Below, piece by piece: positions 1-8,426 of a DNA stretch of 44,835 nt. Source of the stretch: a virus; IMG/VR virus record IMGVR_UViG_3300037511_000186, positions 1 through 44,835 of that record. The stretch is one strand, 5' to 3'. Numbering within the stretch: the stretch's first letter is position 1; each line of letters starts with the position of its first letter. A program made the translations under genes and the position numbers. The notes beneath the pieces were generated by a model. That model worked only from the letters and a program-made list of their open reading frames with translations, had not been told where the DNA came from and did no database searches.

Positions 1-127
1 TAATAATAGCCTTGCGGGCACGATTCGTTTCGCATTCGGTAAATTAATTCAAAATGTAAATGGTATGCTCCCAGCCCAAGTAATTGAGTACAACAGGGAA
101 ACAAATCGAGTCCAAGTTCAAATATTA
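1..127. repeat. terminal direct overlap, identical to 44709..44835
   Basis: Read base by base: 1-127 (taataatagccttgcgggc...caagttcaaatatta) equals 44709-44835. This implies a circularly closed or terminally redundant unit of 44708 bp. Confidence 0.95.
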
Positions 128-652
128 ATATCCCTTATTACAACAGATGGCAGCGTGGTACCTCGTCCACAAGTTGCTAGTTTACCCGTACTATTACTAG
201 GTGGCGGGGGGCTATTTTTAAGTTTCCCAATCAATACGGGAGATTTGGGTTGGTTAATTGCAAACGATAGGGATATTAGTAATTTTCTTCAAACATACGC
301 CCAAAGTATCCCTAATACTAAACGTATTAATAGTTTTTCGGATGGTTTATTTATTCCCGATATTATGCGTGGGTATACCTTAGCGGAAGGTTCGGATGAC
401 GGGGCGGTTTTACAAAATAAAGATGGTACTACCGCGATCATTATATCTAATACCGGCGTAACGATAAATGCCCCGGATGTGATAATAGCCTCCGCAGAGA
501 CCGTAACGATAAATGCGAGTCATAACCTTAATGTTAATGCTGATGCAAATTCCGTTTTTACATTAAACTCAGGCGCAGGTACACTTGGTGTCGTGGGTAA
601 TATTACTGCAACGGGAAGTATCACGCCAAGTACTGCACCCCCACCCCCTTAG
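1..652 (+). CDS. baseplate central spike protein, 3' part (phi92 gp138 / Mu gp45 / P2 gpV type); continuation of 44668..44835
   Basis: Frame 2 is open from the left edge to the stop at 650-652. Through the 127-bp overlap it is in frame with the ATG at 44668, giving one 230-aa protein. PAQVIEYNRETNRVQVQ...FLSFPINTGDLGWLIANDRD fits the OB-fold N-domain pattern of gp138/gpV spikes. The C-terminus (VTINAPDVIIASAETVTINASHNLNVNA) looks like a beta-helical needle. Confidence 0.8.
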   Translation, partial: NNSLAGTIRFAFGKLIQNVNGMLPAQVIEYNRETNRVQVQILISLITTDGSVVPRPQVASLPVLLLGGGGLFLSFPINTGDLGWLIANDRDISNFLQTYAQSIPNTKRINSFSDGLFIPDIMRGYTLAEGSDDGAVLQNKDGTTAIIISNTGVTINAPDVIIASAETVTINASHNLNVNADANSVFTLNSGAGTLGVVGNITATGSITPSTAPPPP

Positions 653-660
653 GAGCATAA

Positions 661-1023
661 ATGACCATTTTAACATTTGCGGTTAATAGTAATAACGACC
701 TATATTTAGATGAATTTGGTAACATTGCTTTTGCTTTTGATTTGACGGCAATAACACAACAATGTCAACAAGCAGCAAAAACGTTGTTGGGTGAAATGGT
801 GTATGATATTAATAATGGTATACCTTACTTTCAAACGCTTTGGGTTGGGACACCTAATATAGTCCAGTACACGAGTGCTTTACGCCGCGCTTTCTTAGCT
901 GTGGGTGGAGTTGTTGAAGTGGTGTCCCTATTGACTTCACAGAGCGATAATACACTTTCCTATTCTGCCGCCATTCGTACAATTTATGATAATGGTGGAT
1001 TTACAGATACTATATCTCAATGA
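661..1023 (+). CDS. small baseplate wedge protein (gpW / gp25-like)
   Basis: 120-aa ORF 8 nt after the spike gene and directly before a baseplate-J-like gene. The pattern DLYLDEFGNIAF...QQCQQAAKTLLGE...GIPYF resembles W/gp25-type proteins. Confidence 0.55.
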   Translation: MTILTFAVNSNNDLYLDEFGNIAFAFDLTAITQQCQQAAKTLLGEMVYDINNGIPYFQTLWVGTPNIVQYTSALRRAFLAVGGVVEVVSLLTSQSDNTLSYSAAIRTIYDNGGFTDTISQ

Positions 1024-1034
1024 GGGTTTAACAG

Positions 1035-2249
1035 ATGGCAGAAGTTTATAACTATATAACCCAAACCGGGGTAATTGTTCCAGATACAGGCGTTATACAA
1101 GATGAAGTAATTGAGGAATATAAACAGGCGTTTGGTACCGATTTGGTTACCACACCAAATACCCCTCAGGGATTATTGATAGTTTCTGAAACAGCTGGAC
1201 GTTCTGCTGTAGCAAATAATAACGCGACTTTAGCTAACCAAATAAATCCTAATGTATCCGGGGGTGTTTTTCTTGATGCGATAGGGTTTTTAACCGGTAT
1301 AGAAAGAGTAGCAAATCAACCCTCTACGGTAACGGCTACTTTAACTGGAGTATCGGGTACCATAATACCGCAAGGGTCTAGAGCATCCGATTCCATTAAC
1401 AATAATTTATTCCAAACTAATTCTACGGTAACCTTGGTTGAAGGTACCGCAACGGTTGTTATGAGTTCAATAGTTCCTGGACCCGTTGTTGCAGATGCGG
1501 GTACATTAACCCAAATAGTAAGTAACGTCCCTGGATGGGAAACTGTAACAAATGCTGAAGCAGCGATACCAGGACAAGTTACTCAAGCCGATGAACCTTT
1601 TAGAGAATTTAGAAGAGTCACTTTATTTGCGCAAGGGTCACAAACGGCAGGGGCGATTATAGCTCAAGTAAGACAAGTTCCGGGTGTTACAAGCTTAAGG
1701 TTTTTAGAAAATATATACCCAACCACTCGGGTTATAGAGGGGGTAACAATGGTATCTCACTCTATTTATGCATGTGTGGATGGAGGTACCGATTTGGAAG
1801 TAGCGGAAGCTCTGCAGCAAAAGAAAGCAGCGGGAGCCTCTTATAATAATGGTGCATCTTTAACTCCGATAGAACAGGAGGTAACGGTACCATTTAGCGG
1901 CCAGGTTATTACTGTACTTTTTGATCGTCCTGATATCATACAAATAGGGGTGTCTATTTCCGTTATAGTAGTTCAGCCAGTACAAGACCCTACAGGTGCG
2001 GTACAACAAGCCATTCTAGATTATGCTAATGGGTTGGTAAATGGATTAGCTGGATTAGTAGTTGGCGCAAATGTAAGCCCGTGGGAATTAGGCGGTGCGG
2101 TAACTACTCAACATCCAGGTATTTATGTTCAAGATTTACAAATTCGTAATATTACAGATTTAGGGTCATATCAATATGAAGAAATAGAAATTGAGCCATG
2201 GCAAATTGCTAATATCGATCAATCTTCTATTGTGGTAACGGTGCTATAA
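1035..2249 (+). CDS. baseplate J-like wedge protein
   Basis: 404 aa. Its position between the W-like and I-like genes and its N-terminal region (GVIVPD...EEYKQAFG...TPNTPQGLL) are typical of the Baseplate_J family. Confidence 0.75.
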   Translation: MAEVYNYITQTGVIVPDTGVIQDEVIEEYKQAFGTDLVTTPNTPQGLLIVSETAGRSAVANNNATLANQINPNVSGGVFLDAIGFLTGIERVANQPSTVTATLTGVSGTIIPQGSRASDSINNNLFQTNSTVTLVEGTATVVMSSIVPGPVVADAGTLTQIVSNVPGWETVTNAEAAIPGQVTQADEPFREFRRVTLFAQGSQTAGAIIAQVRQVPGVTSLRFLENIYPTTRVIEGVTMVSHSIYACVDGGTDLEVAEALQQKKAAGASYNNGASLTPIEQEVTVPFSGQVITVLFDRPDIIQIGVSISVIVVQPVQDPTGAVQQAILDYANGLVNGLAGLVVGANVSPWELGGAVTTQHPGIYVQDLQIRNITDLGSYQYEEIEIEPWQIANIDQSSIVVTVL

Positions 2250-2996
2250 ATGGCAACTATCCAAGAATTTAATTACAGCGTAAATATACTTAAGTCCATC
2301 TTGTGGCAATATGATAAATCCCCCAATATTTTAAGTTTGCTTACGCAAAAACAAGATTGGTATACAGAATTTCAAACGGATTTTTGGGCTTCTTGGTTCA
2401 CTGATGTTTTTAATTTACAAACTGCAAATTTATTCGGGTTGTCAGTTTGGTCTATTATTTTGAATGTCCCCTTATACGTGCCTTATGACCCTGAACCAGA
2501 TGACAAGCCCATATTCGGTTTTAATGACAATAGTGACTTCCCTACATTACAAAATACGTATTTAAATTTTGATAATAGTAACTTTTCTTCACGTGGTGAT
2601 ACCATTATCTTAACCGAAGAAGAACAAAGATTTTTGTTGCGTTTACGTTATTATCAATTAACTACGCGAGGGGAAGTGTGGGATGTTAATAGGTTTCTAA
2701 ACTATCTCGTTAATACCTCTAATATCGGTTTTACTGGTGAAATGTATGCCTTAGATGGTCTTAATATGAGTATGAGATATATAATTACTGATGAAACTTT
2801 CCCCCAAGTTTTGCTTGATGTTCTATTAAAATTAGACATCTTACCACGTCCGGCGGGCGTATTAATTGATGGCGTATTAGTAAATTGGGAATTAACATTC
2901 GGGTTTAATAATAATGATGATTTCCCATTGCTTGAAAATACGTATATGAATTTTGAAAATGGTAACTTTTTTGATGGATTTTTTATAACTTTTTAA
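2250..2996 (+). CDS. baseplate / tail-fibre attachment protein (P2 gpI position, DUF2612-like)
   Basis: The start abuts the stop of the J-like gene (TAAATG). The N-terminus ILKSILWQYDKSPNILSLL resembles DUF2612 phage proteins. It contains an internal 25-aa repeat. Confidence 0.5.
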   Translation: MATIQEFNYSVNILKSILWQYDKSPNILSLLTQKQDWYTEFQTDFWASWFTDVFNLQTANLFGLSVWSIILNVPLYVPYDPEPDDKPIFGFNDNSDFPTLQNTYLNFDNSNFSSRGDTIILTEEEQRFLLRLRYYQLTTRGEVWDVNRFLNYLVNTSNIGFTGEMYALDGLNMSMRYIITDETFPQVLLDVLLKLDILPRPAGVLIDGVLVNWELTFGFNNNDDFPLLENTYMNFENGNFFDGFFITF

Positions 2997-3008
2997 GGAG
3001 CCTTTATT

Positions 3009-4064
3009 ATGGCAGAGACCGCACCATATTTCGTATTTCCATTCGCCGTAGAAGGTGATGTAACTACGGTACCACAGACGACTCAACCTGACGGATCTAT
3101 TAGTTATCAGCAAGGTTGGGGTCCTGATTACGTAAAAAATCTATTGACTGATCCTACAGCAAAGCCAATGGGACGTACCTCAACTAACCAAGTACTTTTT
3201 GATATTACTACTTTGCTTCAACAATATTCTCAATATGGTACACCTCCTTTTATTACTAGTGATCAAAACTTAGGTACGCCGTTCCCTTATCCACAATATG
3301 CGCGGGTGTATTATGAAGGTGTGGTATATGAAAACCAAGTTGTGGATAATATAGCACTTCCCGGAACCGATAGTACGTGGTTAGCTATCAGTGGTGATTC
3401 AACGGGTGTTTTACCTGGGACGATTATTGATTATGCGGGGATAGTTGCACCCGCGGGTTATTTAGTTTGTGATGGTAGTGCGGTGCTTCGTTCTTCTTAC
3501 GGTACGTTACTTTCTATATTGTCGCAAACACAATCAGGCACCACTACTAATACAATGGATACGGTAAGTGGTTTGACAGATACTTCACAAATGTATGTGG
3601 GTATGGCTTTAGAATCTGCAAATTTCCCAGCGGGTACTACTATTGCAACTATTGTTGATGCTAATAATATTACAGCGAGTGCAAATGCGACAGCCTCTGG
3701 CGCTGTAGATATTCAATTTTTCAACTGGGGTAATGGTGACGGTTCTACCACTTTTAACGTGCCGGATTTAAGACGTAAAGTTACTATTGGCCAAGGTGGT
3801 ACTGGTTCGTCTACGGACTTTGGTGTGGCGGGAACTGTAGTTGGTGAAGAGGGTGGTGAAGAATCTCATACCATGACTCTTGATGAATTAGTAGCGCATA
3901 CACATACTATACGTTTCTATAACAATGGTGTAAATAATAGTAATCCTGCAGATGTTTCGGATACTAATGCGGGTACATTATGGCCAACTAGTTCAACGGG
4001 AAATAGTCAGCCATTTAACGTTATGCAACCTTCTGGTATTGTATATAAGATTATTAAGACTTAA
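3009..4064 (+). CDS. tail fibre protein with C-terminal phage tail-collar domain
   Basis: The C-terminal third carries the collar signature GTIIDYAG..APAGYLVCDGS....SYGTLLSIL ... FNVPDLRRKV.IGQGG ... GEESHTMTLDELVAHTH ... QPFNVMQPSGIVYKIIKT. It is the last gene of the late operon. Confidence 0.85.
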   Translation: MAETAPYFVFPFAVEGDVTTVPQTTQPDGSISYQQGWGPDYVKNLLTDPTAKPMGRTSTNQVLFDITTLLQQYSQYGTPPFITSDQNLGTPFPYPQYARVYYEGVVYENQVVDNIALPGTDSTWLAISGDSTGVLPGTIIDYAGIVAPAGYLVCDGSAVLRSSYGTLLSILSQTQSGTTTNTMDTVSGLTDTSQMYVGMALESANFPAGTTIATIVDANNITASANATASGAVDIQFFNWGNGDGSTTFNVPDLRRKVTIGQGGTGSSTDFGVAGTVVGEEGGEESHTMTLDELVAHTHTIRFYNNGVNNSNPADVSDTNAGTLWPTSSTGNSQPFNVMQPSGIVYKIIKT

Positions 4065-4081
4065 TATACGTAGTAACACGG

Positions 4082-4121
4082 CCCGGTCCTCTGCCTCGAA
4101 AGACGTACGATCGGGTTTTTT
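4082..4121 (+). terminator. probable terminator between convergent tail fibre and csrA genes
   Basis: cccggtc (4082-4088) pairs with gatcggg (4109-4115, one G-U), followed by tttttt (4116-4121). The loop is long (20 nt), so it is not a textbook hairpin. Confidence 0.4.
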
Positions 4122-4302
4122 ATTCTCCGTTTTGTTTCTTTTCATTTTGAATACGAATATAAACTTCTTCACGATGTACAAAAGTATCGTCTGGAGCTTT
4201 AATACCTATACGGACTTGATTACCTTTAACTCCTAAAATTACAACCGATATATTATCTCCGATCATTAATTTTTCATTGACTCTTCTTGTTAGAATTAAC
4301 AT
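4120..4302 (-). CDS. csrA: carbon storage regulator CsrA/RsmA homologue (RNA-binding translational regulator)
   Basis: The 60-aa product [60 protein letters not shown] is colinear with bacterial CsrA. About two thirds of residues are identical to E. coli CsrA as I recall it, including [18 protein letters not shown] and VHREE. AAGGAG lies 7 nt upstream of the ATG. Confidence 0.95.
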   Translation of the reverse strand: MLILTRRVNEKLMIGDNISVVILGVKGNQVRIGIKAPDDTFVHREEVYIRIQNEKKQNGE

Positions 4303-4322
4303 CCCTATTTCTCCTTTAGTGT

Positions 4323-4571
4323 TTAATTTTGTACCGTTTCTTCATACCCACACGTGCCTGTAATTAATTCTTCATCACTTAATGTTAGGCATTCTTTCAA
4401 ACTCTCTATTTGGCTCATACAGAAATTATACTCTGCACTGTCATTAGGTACCTTCTCGGTATGGGTATGACAGCAGTAGATTTCGTATGCATACTCACTT
4501 AATATAGTTTGCACAAGTTGACTCTTAGTTAATATTCGTCCTGTTGCTATGTGCCTATATAAAAAGGGCAT
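4323..4571 (-). CDS. hypothetical protein (82 aa, Cys/His-containing)
   Basis: GAAGGA Shine-Dalgarno upstream of the ATG at 4571. Co-directional and tightly packed. No motif recognised. Confidence 0.65.
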   Translation of the reverse strand: MPFLYRHIATGRILTKSQLVQTILSEYAYEIYCCHTHTEKVPNDSAEYNFCMSQIESLKECLTLSDEELITGTCGYEETVQN

Positions 4572-4583
4572 TTTAATTCCTTC

Positions 4584-4925
4584 TTACGCAAAACGTCTGT
4601 GCCTTACTTCGGCAGCGGTCCAGGCTTTTATTTTCTCTTTTTTCTTAGGTATATAAACCCGGCTTGCGTTTCCGGTTAGGGAATCGTTATATCCGCGTGT
4701 ATAGCATTCGGTATATTTTTTAAAATTTAGTTTTTGACCTTTCACAACAACGCGACCCGTAGGCGTCAAAATATTATTTTTTCTCATTAGGTCTATAAAT
4801 AGGTTGTCGTATAAAGGAAGTGGCTCGAAGTCTAGAGGATTCTCAGGAGAGTATTCATCTAGCTTATGTGCCAGGTAGCCAAGTGCGTAAGATTCTATTA
4901 AAATTTGTTCATGAAATACGGTCAT
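4584..4925 (-). CDS. hypothetical protein (113 aa)
   Basis: First ORF downstream of promoter copy P1, with AGGAAA upstream of the ATG. No motif recognised. Confidence 0.65.
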   Translation of the reverse strand: MTVFHEQILIESYALGYLAHKLDEYSPENPLDFEPLPLYDNLFIDLMRKNNILTPTGRVVVKGQKLNFKKYTECYTRGYNDSLTGNASRVYIPKKKEKIKAWTAAEVRHRRFA

Positions 4926-4964
4926 TTTATTTTCCTGTCTAGTTAAATTGTTGCTGTTGAAGTA

Positions 4965-4993
4965 ACTATAGGGTATTGTGCGGGTGTTGTCAA
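4965..4993 (-). promoter_or_regulatory. sigma70-type promoter, copy P1 of a conserved 34-bp family
   Basis: The minus strand reads TGTTGACAACACCCGCACAATACCCTATAGTTAC: TTGACA (4993..4988), 17-nt spacer, TATAGT (4970..4965). Confidence 0.7.
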
Positions 4994-5199
4994 CAGAGAA
5001 TTTCTTTAATAAAACAAAATATATTAGGGATTAGATTTCTTATTAAATCGATTTTACGGCATCTACGAGAGCAAAATAACTGAATAGTAAAGATGAGTAT
5101 TTCGGGGTCCGCAACCTCCATAAGAGGCTTATGTTCATGTTGTTGTACATTAACACTAGACCTACAAACCTTAAGACAATTAGTGCAATAAAACATCAT
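4990..5199 (-). CDS. hypothetical Cys-rich protein (69 aa)
   Basis: AGGAAA overlaps the polymerase stop just upstream of the ATGATG. There are CxxC pairs. The 3' end overlaps promoter P1. Coding status uncertain. Confidence 0.45.
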   Translation of the reverse strand: MMFYCTNCLKVCRSSVNVQQHEHKPLMEVADPEILIFTIQLFCSRRCRKIDLIRNLIPNIFCFIKEILC

Positions 5200-5207
5200 T
5201 TATTTTC

Positions 5208-7364
5208 CTATTTACAATATCTTTGACCTATCCAGCCGCCTTTAGCGACTATAGGCCAATCTTTAGCCCACTCAGGCATAGTTGACATAATGCGCTCGAA
5301 CTCCTCAAGTGATTTAGTACCACGTGGGATCTCTGCCACAATTTCATCATGAACATGTAAAACTACGGGATACCCCGCTTCTTCGAGATTAACAATGGCG
5401 TGGGCTAAAATATCCCGTGCGACTGCTTGGGTAATATTTTCCACAAGTTTTCCACCGTAAGTACTCTGGCGAATCCATCCTGGCGCTCCATTCTTAGGGT
5501 TAGTGTTCCAGCCTTCGTAGCTAAGCTCATAGGTCCCTGGTCTACGCGTGGATTGTTCTAGTCGTGGTTTGTGATAAGTTAAGCGTCTACCGCTTGGTAA
5601 AGTGCAGTATAGGGTCCTATCCATAACTTCAAACCGTATCATGGGTATTTCAAAATTTGAAGCTACGTAATAGGGGGTTCCCGGATATAGAACAGCTTCA
5701 ATAGCTGCACCTTCTACGCCATGATAGTGAATGGTACTACTGCCTCTTTGCCATGAATTTTGTCCGCCCCAAAATTCTACGATTGCGGGAGATGCTTCTC
5801 GCCAAGCTAAGATAGCTTTTTTAATATCATCTTCTAAAAGAAATTCATCCGCTTTGAAAGCTTTCCATGCACCTATCCAACCACCATAACCAGATGCTAG
5901 TTCGGCTACTTTACCTAAAGCGCGCAAGTGATGGTGTTTACCCGTCTCTTCTTTGTGTTTAAGAATCTCTTGAAAAGGTATTCCGGAAATTTTACTTGCC
6001 GACATTTCGTATATCTTGCCGTGAGTGCGAAATACTTCTTTACGCCATTCCTCACCAGCTAGCTCTGCAAGAACTACGGCTTCTATAGCACTATAATCAC
6101 TTGCTATTAGTTCGTGTCCTGGTTTAGCTATAAACATCCCACGCAAACAGTTTGATACCGCGGTGGTAGCATTACCATAAGCCGCTTCAACTTTCTCTAA
6201 AGACCCGGTACTTATGACCTCTAAAGCTTTATCCACATCGAAGCCCTCTTCCCCTCGCGGTAAATTTTGTGGTTGTACGCCAGCGCCTGCGGCTCTTCCG
6301 GTACGTGCTGAATGGTAAATAAATAGGTCATGTAAACGCCCATCAAGTGTACATTGATTGAGCATGGCGTATAGTTTCTTAACAGCTGCAGAGCCTATCA
6401 GTTGTCTAATTTCTAACACACGACGAACCTGTGGAAGTAGTAGAGGATTTTTCAATAAATCATTAATACTTTCTTCATCTAATGATTTTGTATTAATATC
6501 TAAAGAAGCCATCCATTTATTAATACGCCCTATTTCTGAGGATTTGTTAACGGCACCATTAGTTAAAATAGGTAACTCAGCGTTATATTTAGCGTGAGCT
6601 TGCTCGATTATGTGGATACAATTTAAGACTGGCACAACATCAATTTGTACCCCACGGTGATTTATTTCTTGATCGCATTGCCAGAACTTTAGCTCAAAAG
6701 GGGATAGGTCGGGTATGCGTTGGGATATTTCAATCTCTGCTTGAATGTCTTGAATATTGTATTGATACAGTAGTTCGGTATCTTTTATATCCATGTCGGT
6801 AGCAATTGTCCGAGGGTGGACGGGCCAAATTCGAAGCCGATTATCTTTAATTGTAGGATTACGAGGAATACTAAATTTATTAAGTAGCCTGATACCATCT
6901 TTATCTTTTTGTATGGTAGTTTGAAGTACTTTTCCACACTCTCCAAGACTTCCGGGTAGTGCAAAAGCACGCGATTTGGCCATGGCACAACGCCATTTAG
7001 TGGCAGGTATTGATGGGAACCCATGGCGTTTGATAGCTACTTCTTCCCATATCCAACGTTCGAAACCTACGTTCCATGCTTCAAAATAAACATTTGTTAG
7101 GTTATAGAAAATATTATTTATGTACCAAATTAAATCATCGGGGATGTCGGTATCTATAGATGGCATCCACAACTTGATATCTTTATCAGGCAACTTATAA
7201 GCAAGCGATAATATCCGTGTGGAAGGATGTTTAGCATAAACAGCCGCACCGACTTGCGAGATGCCTTTTTTAGAAGCGTTGAGCAAACCTTCCCATTTAC
7301 GTGTAGTTTTATTGTAAACAAAACCAGCTTCGGAATACGTTTCAAAGTCTATCGTTATATGCAT
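5208..7364 (-). CDS. family A DNA polymerase with N-terminal 3'-5' exonuclease domain
   Basis: Exo I ITIDFETYSE, Exo II-like AWNVGFERW, Exo III-like YNIQDIQAE. Pol motif A LIASDYSAIEAVV, motif B KVAELASGYGG, motif C VLHVHDEIVAE. Confidence 0.92.
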   Translation of the reverse strand: MHITIDFETYSEAGFVYNKTTRKWEGLLNASKKGISQVGAAVYAKHPSTRILSLAYKLPDKDIKLWMPSIDTDIPDDLIWYINNIFYNLTNVYFEAWNVGFERWIWEEVAIKRHGFPSIPATKWRCAMAKSRAFALPGSLGECGKVLQTTIQKDKDGIRLLNKFSIPRNPTIKDNRLRIWPVHPRTIATDMDIKDTELLYQYNIQDIQAEIEISQRIPDLSPFELKFWQCDQEINHRGVQIDVVPVLNCIHIIEQAHAKYNAELPILTNGAVNKSSEIGRINKWMASLDINTKSLDEESINDLLKNPLLLPQVRRVLEIRQLIGSAAVKKLYAMLNQCTLDGRLHDLFIYHSARTGRAAGAGVQPQNLPRGEEGFDVDKALEVISTGSLEKVEAAYGNATTAVSNCLRGMFIAKPGHELIASDYSAIEAVVLAELAGEEWRKEVFRTHGKIYEMSASKISGIPFQEILKHKEETGKHHHLRALGKVAELASGYGGWIGAWKAFKADEFLLEDDIKKAILAWREASPAIVEFWGGQNSWQRGSSTIHYHGVEGAAIEAVLYPGTPYYVASNFEIPMIRFEVMDRTLYCTLPSGRRLTYHKPRLEQSTRRPGTYELSYEGWNTNPKNGAPGWIRQSTYGGKLVENITQAVARDILAHAIVNLEEAGYPVVLHVHDEIVAEIPRGTKSLEEFERIMSTMPEWAKDWPIVAKGGWIGQRYCK

Positions 7365-7864
7365 TAGTTATTTTCTGCCCATTGATTTAGTATTATGTCA
7401 TACGCTATAGGAGTTAAATTAATTCTTTCTGCAGAACAATTAAAGTAACGGTAATCATTAAGTATATGATTATGTAAATGGCCGTGTATATTCATAAAAT
7501 AACGAGGGAATTGACTCGGGTGAACGGGTATATGAGTTAGTACGGCGCCCTTATATTCACATACTCCGCATACTTTTTTAAAATACTTTAAGTAATCTTC
7601 TGTAGCGTACATATCATGATTGCCGGCAATTAATACTTTATACCCATTGAGTTCTCCAGCAATATCTATATTTCTTTTTCCAAAACAGAAATCCCCAAGC
7701 ATAAATACTTTATCTTTTGCACCGACGGCGGCATTCCATCTTCTTACCAATTCCGCGTCATGCTCTTCAATCGTGGTGAAAGGTCTAAGTTCTTTAGTGG
7801 AGCTAAAGGAAAGAATACCTCTATGGCCGAAATGGGTGTCCCCAATAAAAAATATTTCACTCAT
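7364..7864 (-). CDS. calcineurin-like metallophosphoesterase
   Basis: Motifs IGDTHFGH, GDFCFG, AGNHD, HGHLH in canonical order. The stop abuts the polymerase ATG (shared base at 7364). Confidence 0.85.
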   Translation of the reverse strand: MSEIFFIGDTHFGHRGILSFSSTKELRPFTTIEEHDAELVRRWNAAVGAKDKVFMLGDFCFGKRNIDIAGELNGYKVLIAGNHDMYATEDYLKYFKKVCGVCEYKGAVLTHIPVHPSQFPRYFMNIHGHLHNHILNDYRYFNCSAERINLTPIAYDIILNQWAENN

Positions 7865-7998
7865 AATTCTTCTTCTATTTCTTTAAGTAAGTTCCACGCG
7901 TTGCTGGCTTCTTTAATAAGCTCTTCTGTGGGCGTCATACAAGATTTTGTAGATTCACTTAGCAAAACATACATTGTCACAAATTCTTTTTTCGTCAT
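7861..7998 (-). CDS. small hypothetical protein (45 aa), below the ORF-track cutoff
   Basis: My translation is MTKKEFVTMYVLLSESTKSCMTPTEELIKEASNAWNLLKEIEEEL. AAGGAA lies upstream. ATGA overlaps occur at both ends (7998/7995 and 7864/7861). It shares MTKKEF and a ...KEI.E motif with 16689..16934. Confidence 0.55.
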   Translation of the reverse strand: MTKKEFVTMYVLLSESTKSCMTPTEELIKEASNAWNLLKEIEEEL

Positions 7999-8426
7999 GG
8001 TGTTTCCTTGGGTTTAATGCGGCAACTTTCTAGGCCATTTAAAGTTATTTTGGTTACGTTAAGTATTTCTCTTAATTGAAAATTTTCTTTTTTAAGCTTT
8101 CCATTTTTATCAATTAACTTAACCCAGTCGTGATGCTCTTTTTCATATGATTCTATTTTTTCTTCTAGTCTTCGATTAATTGCTCTGTGCGTCTCAATTA
8201 CTGAGATCAAGTAAAAATCATTATGTGCTACTTGCTTTTTCAGATCTTCGTTTTCTTCTCTCAGGCCCTTAAGGGCCTGAGCTACTCTGGTGGGATTGTT
8301 AGAAGCATAGCCCTCTTTATAAGCTTTGTTCATTAATTCGGTAATTAAATCATTATCTAATCCGCAAGCGTAATTATCGCAAAAATCTATAGCTCTAATC
8401 TCATCAATTGTATATCTATCTGTCAT
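7995..8426 (-). CDS. hypothetical coiled-coil protein (143 aa), paralogue of 8416..8706
   Basis: N-terminus MTDRYTIDE..FC...ELMNKAYKEG is shared with the upstream gene. Confidence 0.65.
   Translation of the reverse strand: MTDRYTIDEIRAIDFCDNYACGLDNDLITELMNKAYKEGYASNNPTRVAQALKGLREENEDLKKQVAHNDFYLISVIETHRAINRRLEEKIESYEKEHHDWVKLIDKNGKLKKENFQLREILNVTKITLNGLESCRIKPKETP

Noticed and set aside
1-127. Interpreting the identical ends as a biological direct terminal repeat or cos site
   Set aside because: A single gene reads straight through the junction, and the exact-length duplication at both contig ends looks like an assembler overlap. This cannot be settled without reads, so I report it only as closure evidence.
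3952-4236. ORFs 3952..4236 (+) and 3993..4181 (-) spanning the tail fibre 3' end, the terminator and csrA
   Set aside because: They overlap two well-supported genes and the convergent terminator. Low-complexity translations.
4962-4995. Resemblance of the conserved ...ACCCTATAGT core to single-subunit (T7/SP6-type) RNA polymerase promoters
   Set aside because: No phage RNA polymerase gene is present, and every copy has a perfect TTGACA at exactly 17 nt. Host sigma70 recognition is the simpler reading.
6358-6597. Shadow ORFs inside the large genes (6358..6597, 6785..7024, 7154..7345, 7620..8017, 17960..18196, 18624..18875, 21595..21927, 22397..22954, 29274..29537, 29802..30062, 33658..34162, 39502..39891, 40184..40424 and similar)
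   Set aside because: All lie within, or antisense to, long ORFs that carry clear catalytic or structural motifs. None has a convincing ribosome-binding site.
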